Of a DNA stretch of 64,000 bases, positions 56,458 to 64,000 are shown piece after piece (within the stretch, counting starts at the first letter, position 1; every line of letters starts with the position of its first letter). Under the pieces are notes generated by a model that made no database searches, was not told the DNA's origin, and was given only the letters and a program-made list of their open reading frames with translations. The stretch is from Fibrobacteria bacterium (GTDB taxonomy: Bacteria > Fibrobacterota > Fibrobacteria > UBA11236): contig JAYTHY010000059.1 in NCBI GenBank assembly GCA_043732185.1, positions 1-64,000 on the forward strand, in the 5' to 3' direction. Position numbers and translations under genes: made by a program.

Positions 56458-57432
56458 TTAATCTACGAGGATGCCGGAAGGCAAAATATATTTTTCGGGG
56501 TTTTGAGGGATGCCGTCGCGGTGGACTTCATAATGCAGGTGGGTTCCTGTGGCCCGCCCAGTATCACCCATATAACCTACCAGTCCGTATCGCTTTACCA
56601 ACTGTCCCTTTTCCACCATTACTTTGGCCATGTGGCCATATTTGGTCAGGTAGCCATTTCCATGATCGATAACCACCAAATTCCCAAAATTGCCGCTACT
56701 TGCACTGGAGGCCACAATACCGTCCGCACTGGCATAAATTGGCGTCCATTTGCTGTTCGCAATGTCCAAGCCCTCATGCACGGCTTTTTCACCCGTGACA
56801 GGGTGGAGGCGTGAACCAAATCCACTGGTGATGTTTCCCCTGGTGGGCAGGATGAATGGAGTGTGTTCCCATAGATTATGCCGATAGTGCACGAATTCTG
56901 CTATTTCCTGAAAACTGCCATTTGTGAACTTGATTTTACCTTGCAACTGGTGATTTTTAAGGCTTGAGTGCTGGATATTCTCTGCGACCTCCATGCCATA
57001 GGGTAGGTTTGCAGTTTCTGGGCGCCTTCCACCTACGCCAAAGGCTAGAAAATCTTTGTCATGGCTGTTCATGCCATACAATGCGCGAATTTTCTCTTCA
57101 AAGTGACTCAGGCTATCCAAGGTGGTTTCCATTCCAATTTGTTGCGTGATGACTTCGGAAAGGTCCTTTTTTAAGGCGGCATTTTTCTTTTCTCCATATT
57201 CCAGACTGGCTTCACGGTATAGCCAGGTTCCCGTCTCAGTCAAAAGACCCGCTAGACCAAGTGTCAGTACGCCTGTAATAAGCAGAAAAAGGTTTCTAAA
57301 GGTCGCGTTTAAGGGGAAGAATCGGGAGCGATTGCTCGACCTCCACTGCCAAGAAACCAGGTAGTTTTTCCCCGCAATAATGTTAAAAATCTTGGCGAAA
57401 AGAGCTTCCGCAAAGGTGACTTTGTGCTTCAT
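56458..57432 (-). CDS. M23 family peptidoglycan endopeptidase (TM + coiled coil + M23)
   Basis: ITSGFGSRLHP, HEGLD, YGH, TGTHLHYEV. Confidence 0.92.
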   Translation of the reverse strand: MKHKVTFAEALFAKIFNIIAGKNYLVSWQWRSSNRSRFFPLNATFRNLFLLITGVLTLGLAGLLTETGTWLYREASLEYGEKKNAALKKDLSEVITQQIGMETTLDSLSHFEEKIRALYGMNSHDKDFLAFGVGGRRPETANLPYGMEVAENIQHSSLKNHQLQGKIKFTNGSFQEIAEFVHYRHNLWEHTPFILPTRGNITSGFGSRLHPVTGEKAVHEGLDIANSKWTPIYASADGIVASSASSGNFGNLVVIDHGNGYLTKYGHMAKVMVEKGQLVKRYGLVGYMGDTGRATGTHLHYEVHRDGIPQNPEKYILPSGILVD

Positions 57433-57602
57433 CCTGTCCCGGTTTAAAGACTTTGAAAGTCTAGTGACTCCAAGGATAATAGTCAAGTGATAATGCACGG
57501 GCCTAAGTGAGCCTGGGACTTGGGTTTAGAAATCAGCTCAGTATGCGCGGAAACCTTGCGGAGGGGGTGGTTTTTTTAGTAGGATACGCTTACGGAACAA
57601 GC

Positions 57603-58511
57603 ATGAAATACTTGAGTATTCTCGCCTGGTGGCTATTGTTGTTGTTTTCCTGGCAGGTTTCCGCAGCCATTTTGGACGGTGCGCATTACCTTTTTTGGGG
57701 GATAGCGGGTATTTATTTCTTAAAAGCCGGCTACGTTGGGTTTGCCGGAATTGTTTATTTCCGATATTTAAGCTTTCGATCGCAAAAGTCCTATGAAACG
57801 ATGGTCGAATCTTTCAACCGCATTGCCGATCAGCCTATTCCTATTGAGAAACAACCTAAGATATCATGGGTTAACCCTTTATTAAATCTAATCTTAGTCA
57901 TTATCGCGACAGTCGATTTTTCCCTGGCCTTTATGTGGAATCAATCGATTTTTCTAGGGACGCTTTTATTGGATTTGTTCGTCTGGCTGTTAATTTTGCG
58001 TTACGTGGTTAGGACATACTGGTTAAAATCGGTGGGAAGAAGAGAAAAGATCAAAGAGTTCTTAGACAATTCCAGAAGTAAAATGCGCACAACTAGCCAG
58101 CCGCCCACCCAGATGGAAAAGCCAGCCCAGTCCCCGGCTCCCTTTTGGATTTTGACCGCATTTTCTTTGCTGGCCACCCTCAGCATTTTTGGATGGCGAT
58201 GGCAGGCCGCCGAACGAAATTACCGTGTCAATGACCTTAAAAATTGCATGGTCAAATGCATCGGCTTTGCCGCCGAACGTTTTTATCAAAATGGGCAAAA
58301 AGAAATGAAATTAGCCAAGGAAACGTGTGTCCAAGACTGGGGAAAAGAAATCAATTTTTCCCTGGATTTGCATGACGGCGAAATATTCCTTCGTGGCTCC
58401 GAAAAGGAGGGCATCGATTTTTTCGGTGATGGAACGTCAGGCAATGAAGGTTTGGTTTTGGATCCATCCGGCCGCTTTAGGAGCAACTGGGTTTTGCGCG
58501 AGGCCGAATAA
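57603..58511 (+). CDS. Hypothetical multi-pass membrane protein
   Basis: About five hydrophobic segments plus a soluble C-domain with three Cys; start placed at MKYL. Confidence 0.65.
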   Translation: MKYLSILAWWLLLLFSWQVSAAILDGAHYLFWGIAGIYFLKAGYVGFAGIVYFRYLSFRSQKSYETMVESFNRIADQPIPIEKQPKISWVNPLLNLILVIIATVDFSLAFMWNQSIFLGTLLLDLFVWLLILRYVVRTYWLKSVGRREKIKEFLDNSRSKMRTTSQPPTQMEKPAQSPAPFWILTAFSLLATLSIFGWRWQAAERNYRVNDLKNCMVKCIGFAAERFYQNGQKEMKLAKETCVQDWGKEINFSLDLHDGEIFLRGSEKEGIDFFGDGTSGNEGLVLDPSGRFRSNWVLREAE

Positions 58512-58529
58512 TGGGTGATGGTAAGCGTT

Positions 58530-59408
58530 TCAGGCTTGAAGTTTTGCGACTTTCATTTGATCGAGAACCTTGTACGGGACCCGGACGCTTCCAGGTGCAT
58601 TTCTGCCATCCGGCCGCTTAGTATGGAAGTCCGCCCCGCCTGAACAGATTAGTCCATGTTTTAGGGCAAAGGCTTGATACTTCTGACACGTTGCATTCGT
58701 TTGGCCGTGGCAGTAAGTTTCGATGCCCATTAGGCCGCATTCCACTAACATTTCCAGAAGATCGTCGCGGTTGGTCTTGGAGGGGTGTGCCAGCACAGGA
58801 ACGCCACCAGCATCTAAGATCAACTCTATGGCTTCCCGTGGAGTAAGCTTAACGGTATCGATATCCGTCATGCAATCGCTTTCATTTCCCAAGTATTTGT
58901 TGAAGGCTTCCTGAAAAGTTGAAACGTATTCTTCTTCAACCAGCTGGGTGGCGATATGGGCGCGACCCACACTACCCCCCTGCGCCCGGGCCATCACATT
59001 TTCATAATTCAGGGCGACGCCTTTTTTTTCAAGGTTGTTGACTATTTGCTTAACGCGATCGATGCGACGCGTACGCAATTCAACCAAAGTTCGGTTTAGC
59101 CTCAAGTGGGAAGGATCAAACAGGTAACCCAGGATATGAATGTCGCTTCTGTCTACTTGCGAGCTGATTTCGACGCCAGGAATATATTCGATGCCCAATT
59201 TAAGGGCGTGCTCGCGGCCCTCTTCAAAGGAATCGATATTGTCGTGATCGGTGATCGCGATGGCTGTCAGCTTCTGTTCATGGCAAAAATCGATCAGGTC
59301 ACGGACCTTCAGGGTCCCATCCGAAAAAGTTGAATGCATATGCAAGTCCACATACTCTTGGGAAGATGGTTTCTCACGAACCTTACCGGCGAATTTACTG
59401 GATTTCAT
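58530..59408 (-). CDS. PHP-domain phosphoesterase (TrpH/YciV-like)
   Basis: DLHMHSTFSDG, AITDHD, GVEIS, HILGY, LAHP, GGADFH. Confidence 0.93.
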   Translation of the reverse strand: MKSSKFAGKVREKPSSQEYVDLHMHSTFSDGTLKVRDLIDFCHEQKLTAIAITDHDNIDSFEEGREHALKLGIEYIPGVEISSQVDRSDIHILGYLFDPSHLRLNRTLVELRTRRIDRVKQIVNNLEKKGVALNYENVMARAQGGSVGRAHIATQLVEEEYVSTFQEAFNKYLGNESDCMTDIDTVKLTPREAIELILDAGGVPVLAHPSKTNRDDLLEMLVECGLMGIETYCHGQTNATCQKYQAFALKHGLICSGGADFHTKRPDGRNAPGSVRVPYKVLDQMKVAKLQA

Positions 59409-59579
59409 GGACTTTCCTAAGGGCAGAGCTCAAGCCATTAGGCAGAACTGCTCCTTTTATAATAGCACAAAGTCTACTCCAATACTACGCATCTCTTGTG
59501 GTGCAGATTACGGATGTGGGTCGGGGTTGGAATAACCCAGCTCGAGCAGTAAATTTACCCTTTTAAACGGAAAGAGAAT

Positions 59580-60677
59580 ATGTTGCATCCCATAGTCTTG
59601 GCTGGTGGTCGTGGTGAACGTTTTTGGCCTTATAGCAATGCCCAACACCCCAAACAACTCCTTCCCCTTGTGACTGAAAAATCCATGCTGGAAGACACTT
59701 TGGATAACCTGAGGAAATTCAAAAAAGATCTTAAGATACGGCTAATTATTGGAAAAAATTTAGAAAAGCCGGTAACTCGGTTGGTCGGGAAGCAGAAGGG
59801 CGTGGAGGTAGTGGCGGAACCGATCGGTAGAAATACCGCTGCGGCCATTGCTCTAGCTGCGCGACTCATTTCCCGAGTGGATCCCAAAGGGGTGATGCTG
59901 GTTTTAACCGCGGACCATGCTATTTCACCTGCCAAAAAATTTGCGCAGGCCATGCGCGCTGCCGCTAAAGTTGCGGCGCGGGGGGATTGCTTGGTTACTT
60001 TCGGCATTCAGCCCAACCGACCAGATGTGGGGTTTGGCTACATAGAAGTGGATACGACGGTTCGTTCCGGTCATGCCTTATCCAAAGTGGAAGGCCTAGC
60101 CAACTTTCCAGTAAAACGCTTTGTCGAGAAGCCGGACCATGCAGCGGCCAAGGCTTATGTGGAGTCCGGAAAGTTTTTCTGGAATAGTGGCATGTTTGCT
60201 TGGCGAGTGGATTATTTATGGGAGCAGTTTCGGAAACATCAGCCCAAAATAGCGGAAATTTTTGAATCAGCCGGAGATTTGAATCCTAAAAGTCCAACCT
60301 TTGCCGCGAAGTTGAAAAAGATCTACCGCGATTTGCCGGAGGTGTCCATCGACAATGGAATAATGGAAAAAGCCGAAAGTATTCAAGTGGTCGTACCTGA
60401 GTTTAGCTGGGATGATATCGGCTCATGGACGGCTTTGGAACGCCTACATAAAGCGGATGCGGCAGGCAATCGAACAGTGGGCGCCATTGTTACTTTGGAA
60501 TCCAACGGCAATACGCTTTTTGCGGAGCATGGGATGATCGCTGCCTTTGGAGTTTCGGATTTGCTGATCGTGCAAACCGGTGGGGTCACGCTAGTCCTTC
60601 CTAAAGACAAGGCGCCTCGTCTGAAGGAATTGGTAAAACGCGTTCAGCAAGATAAGGCGCTGGCCAAATACCTCTAA
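59580..60677 (+). CDS. manC: Mannose-1-phosphate guanylyltransferase
   Basis: LAGGRGERFWP, PKQ, EPIGRNTA, FVEKP, WNSGMF, WDDIGSW. Confidence 0.93.
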   Translation: MLHPIVLAGGRGERFWPYSNAQHPKQLLPLVTEKSMLEDTLDNLRKFKKDLKIRLIIGKNLEKPVTRLVGKQKGVEVVAEPIGRNTAAAIALAARLISRVDPKGVMLVLTADHAISPAKKFAQAMRAAAKVAARGDCLVTFGIQPNRPDVGFGYIEVDTTVRSGHALSKVEGLANFPVKRFVEKPDHAAAKAYVESGKFFWNSGMFAWRVDYLWEQFRKHQPKIAEIFESAGDLNPKSPTFAAKLKKIYRDLPEVSIDNGIMEKAESIQVVVPEFSWDDIGSWTALERLHKADAAGNRTVGAIVTLESNGNTLFAEHGMIAAFGVSDLLIVQTGGVTLVLPKDKAPRLKELVKRVQQDKALAKYL

Positions 60678-61768
60678 GGCTGCATATTTTCCGTCGACGG
60701 ATTTCGATAAACGACTCGCAGGCGCGGATTCAGAAACGAAGTGTCCCATGGGGCATCCTCTGGATCAAAATGCGCCTCTACATCCGTGTCCGCTAGGCTT
60801 GCAAGATGTAGCAATGGGCTCTGTAGTCCAATGCTCAGCGGTGTTTGATCAAAGAAACCCAGCAGTAAACCCGTCGAATCCGCTTCAAGGCAAGGTAAAC
60901 CTAAAGTGCATTCCGGCGGAGGGGGAGGGGCGGAAAAGGGTGCACTTGAGGACCAGAGGATAACCAAAGACTTTACGTTTCCGGTTGCTTTGTTTGCCTC
61001 CATGGCCTTCTGCAGAACGTCCTGCTGAAATGGAGATGCAAGGCCTGGCCATAGGAATATCTGGGTGTTTTCCGGTCGAAGTCCAAGCCCAGCCAATTTT
61101 GAGGAGGCTTCTTGTAAATGGTCCTTACCAGGCTTGAGGCGGGTCCATTTGCAAGCGATGCGGGTATTGGCAAAGCGCCATAAGGTGGTGGTCAATATCA
61201 TTCTGCGCAAATGATTGGACGGCGTTTGCGGCTTCAATATAATGTTTGCAGAAGGACTTTCGGCTTGTCTGGCAATTTCAATACGCAGCGGTGCCTGTGA
61301 AGACTGAACAAGGTGGCCCAGCAAAACAGGAGTAGACTCTCTAAGGTTTAAAACTAACTGCGGCTGAAAATCCACCATTTTTTTTTCTAATTCTTTGAAA
61401 TGCGTTTCTCCCCAGTAGAATTCTTCCGGCACTTGCTCCATTACGGAATTGGGTCCAAAAAGGCTGGTAAGAAAAGGTGTGAAACGATGATCGGCAAGAA
61501 GTCGCAGTTCCATTGCTTCTAAATCTTGGGCCAAGCATTGGAGCAGCGGCACCGCGACGAGAATTTCCACCAAAGTATCGGGGAGCAGCACCACTACCCG
61601 TCGAGCCTGAAAAATGGCGTTTCCAATGTGAAAAGGCGGTTCTACCCCTCGTCCCTTCGACTTCCAGGCCAGGTATTTTCGAACCTGTTGGTCGGTCAGA
61701 AAATTCAGGGCCTTATGGGGCCACCGTTTTCCAATTCGAGGAGAGCGGCCTAGAATTTTGAGGGCCAT
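60674..61768 (-). CDS. Degenerate glycosyltransferase family 9-like (heptosyltransferase-fold) protein
   Basis: RRVVVLLPDTLVEILVAVPLLQCL start; SIGLQSPLLHLA, compared with DSGxxHLA of GT9. Confidence 0.55.
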   Translation of the reverse strand: MALKILGRSPRIGKRWPHKALNFLTDQQVRKYLAWKSKGRGVEPPFHIGNAIFQARRVVVLLPDTLVEILVAVPLLQCLAQDLEAMELRLLADHRFTPFLTSLFGPNSVMEQVPEEFYWGETHFKELEKKMVDFQPQLVLNLRESTPVLLGHLVQSSQAPLRIEIARQAESPSANIILKPQTPSNHLRRMILTTTLWRFANTRIACKWTRLKPGKDHLQEASSKLAGLGLRPENTQIFLWPGLASPFQQDVLQKAMEANKATGNVKSLVILWSSSAPFSAPPPPPECTLGLPCLEADSTGLLLGFFDQTPLSIGLQSPLLHLASLADTDVEAHFDPEDAPWDTSFLNPRLRVVYRNPSTENMQP

Positions 61769-61793
61769 TGTAATATACTAGCAAAAGAAATTC

Positions 61794-63995
61794 ATGAAGG
61801 CATTATTTCCCATTCTTGAAGTTGTTCCGGCATTGCTCCTGTGCATTGTAGGTGTGAATTTATTTCCCAGAGCCTTTCCGTCTCATTACGAGGCTCTGCT
61901 GATTGGCGCTTTGATAACTCAAGCCGTCCTTTTTCTAGTTCTGACCCGGTCGCGAAAATCTCAATATCGGATGGGCAGCTTTACTCAAGTATTGTGGTTA
62001 TTCACTTTCAGCTGGGTGAGCATTCACCTACTGGGGGGAATACAGTTCCGTTTGAATTTGGTCTTGGCCTTTTCAGTTGCAGCGTTGATCGGCACCCTGT
62101 CCCATCCCGTGCATTCGCTTTACATCATCCTGCTTACAATTACAGCAACCATTGTTAGTGTTACAAATCGCCTCTATGGATTTTTACCAGGTTCAGTGGT
62201 AGCAACTCTTCCAAATATTCCTGAGTACGTTTTCTCGGTTTTCTTTCCGATAGTCAGCGTAGTCCTATTTCAAGTGGTGCTATTGGGTTTCAAGCGCGGT
62301 ACCCAGGCTTCACCTGCGCGTCCTGTTGCCGCTCCGGAGGCAACTACAGCTTTGATCAAAGGGCCGGACAGGCCCGTGCCAAAGAGTTCTGTCATCATGG
62401 CTATTGATGAGCAAAACCAGGATGAAGCGGCGGCAAGTCAGGCCTTGAGTCGTGTTTATTTAGAAACCCAAGGGGAGCAAGCCCTAAAGGACATGAAAGA
62501 TATTTTGAGTACGGTCGTCTATTTCATGAGCCGAAATTTTAAAGCCTATACGTCCATTGGATTCCTGATTACGGAACTCGGCGATAAATTGGCGATCAAT
62601 TCCGTTGTATCTAAAAGCCGTAATATCAACTATGACTGCCTCATCGATTTTGGCAAAGGTGTCATCGGATCCGTAGTGAATAAACCCGCAGGATTCATCA
62701 CTGGAAATTTGAAATCCTATACAGGTGAGCTGGAATATTATTCGGTGCAGGAAGGTATCAACTCCATAATGATTATGCGCATTGTGGATAATCAAACCAA
62801 GAGCATACAAGGTTTGCTGGTGGTGGATTCGGAGAGCCTCAGAGCCTTTACCGATGAGCATAAGGAACTAATGTACCGATTTACCCAAATCGCATCGGGC
62901 TTGATCACCAGCGCCAGGCTCACCTACCAGATGCAAAAGGTGGCCGAACAAGCCGATTTGCAATATGAGATTTCCAAAAAGCTTTCTGAGGCGCTTAAGG
63001 TCGAGGACGTGATTGAAGTTCTTACGCAGTCCTTATTGCGTTCCTTTGAGCATGAACGCATGATTATCTGCGCCTACAATACCGCCACGGCCAAGGGCGT
63101 GCTTTGGCGCGTTATAGGCAATGCCGGTGGACTTGCCGAAGGCATGGAATTCGATATCAATAATGAACGCAGTCTTTATGGAAGTATTTTCCGCAATCGT
63201 CGGTCCGTAGTGGTATTAGGCTTTAGATCCGAGCAGCGTTACATACGCTTCGACTATGACGAACCCGCCGAGGCAAGGCCGCAAGACATTTTGATGGCCC
63301 CGATTCATGATGATAGGCAGTCGGTTTGGGCCGTTATCGGTATTGAATCAAACCGTCCGGGCGTGTATTCCCAAACCGAGTTGCAGTTGCTAAAGACCAT
63401 TATGGCAAATGTGACCACGGCTTTAACCAAAGCCAGAATGTATACGGAGATGGAGAAGCTGGCCACCATTGATGGCTTAACTCAAATCGCCAACCACCGC
63501 AAGTTCCAGGATATTCTGACGCAGGAGCTGGAAAGATCGCAACGGTATAATTCTCCGTTAACCTTACTTCTGTTGGATATTGATCATTTCAAGAAGTTCA
63601 ACGACACGTATGGCCATCCGGTGGGAGATTTGGTATTGCAACAGGTGGCGAAAGCGCTGCAAGGATCTATTCGCACTACGGATTATTGCGCCCGTTATGG
63701 TGGTGAGGAATTCGTGGTGGTCTTAATCCAGGCTGATGAGGTTCAGTCACGGGTTCTGGCGGAACGTATTCGAGCCGCAGTCGAGAACCTACAGATTCCA
63801 AATGATAACCAAGTATTAAGGGTAACGGTCAGTATCGGCAGTGCAACTTGCCCCAATGATGCGGGCACCAAACAAGAGCTCATCGACAATGCCGACAAGG
63901 CCATGTATTTTTCCAAGCAAGGTGGGCGCAACCGGGTTTCCTATTTTTCCCAGATCAAGGGGACTGCTGCGGCCATTGCGCCGGGCGTCCATTAA
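61794..63995 (+). CDS. Membrane-bound GAF-GAF-GGDEF diguanylate cyclase
   Basis: N-terminal multi-TM region, two GAF-like domains, DGLTQIAN, DIDHFKKFNDTYGH, RTTD (RxxD I-site), GGEEF. Confidence 0.93.
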   Translation: MKALFPILEVVPALLLCIVGVNLFPRAFPSHYEALLIGALITQAVLFLVLTRSRKSQYRMGSFTQVLWLFTFSWVSIHLLGGIQFRLNLVLAFSVAALIGTLSHPVHSLYIILLTITATIVSVTNRLYGFLPGSVVATLPNIPEYVFSVFFPIVSVVLFQVVLLGFKRGTQASPARPVAAPEATTALIKGPDRPVPKSSVIMAIDEQNQDEAAASQALSRVYLETQGEQALKDMKDILSTVVYFMSRNFKAYTSIGFLITELGDKLAINSVVSKSRNINYDCLIDFGKGVIGSVVNKPAGFITGNLKSYTGELEYYSVQEGINSIMIMRIVDNQTKSIQGLLVVDSESLRAFTDEHKELMYRFTQIASGLITSARLTYQMQKVAEQADLQYEISKKLSEALKVEDVIEVLTQSLLRSFEHERMIICAYNTATAKGVLWRVIGNAGGLAEGMEFDINNERSLYGSIFRNRRSVVVLGFRSEQRYIRFDYDEPAEARPQDILMAPIHDDRQSVWAVIGIESNRPGVYSQTELQLLKTIMANVTTALTKARMYTEMEKLATIDGLTQIANHRKFQDILTQELERSQRYNSPLTLLLLDIDHFKKFNDTYGHPVGDLVLQQVAKALQGSIRTTDYCARYGGEEFVVVLIQADEVQSRVLAERIRAAVENLQIPNDNQVLRVTVSIGSATCPNDAGTKQELIDNADKAMYFSKQGGRNRVSYFSQIKGTAAAIAPGVH

Positions 63996-64000
63996 CTCTC

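Overview
This is a gene-dense bacterial chromosomal window. The host is probably a free-living Fibrobacterota/FCB-group organism; this is an inference from a PorU-like C25 sortase, secreted proteins with T9SS-like C-terminal domains, an AgmX/PglI-type TonB_C protein and a Bacteroidota-like SpeA. In order it contains: a truncated Wzi-like gene; a divergent tubulin/FtsZ-family GTPase; a nifU-like/sufBCDSU operon; asnS; xylB-xylA; an MMPL transporter and a HAD protein; two GT2 genes; pcm; serA; a roughly 10-kb signalling operon (TPR, FlgN-like, two histidine kinases, sigma54 activator, GGDEF, TPR-TonB_C); MltD-like; sppA; PorU-like; a decayed YVTN propeller gene; three tRNAs (Ile2/CAT, Pro/GGG, Lys/CTT); nrdR; PPi-PFK; secreted carbohydrate-active proteins; a XerD-like recombinase; SRAP; speA; a PorV-like barrel; an M23 peptidase; PHP; manC; GT9-like; and a GAF-GGDEF cyclase. 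I saw no CRISPR array, IS element or prophage. The best candidate for an undescribed system is the orphan TubZ/CetZ-like tubulin (514-1818). It is not canonical FtsZ, has no dcw or tubR context, has a sigma54 (-24/-12) motif upstream and is tightly coupled to a Wzi-like outer-membrane gene. All protein calls come from motif recognition by eye; no database search was run.
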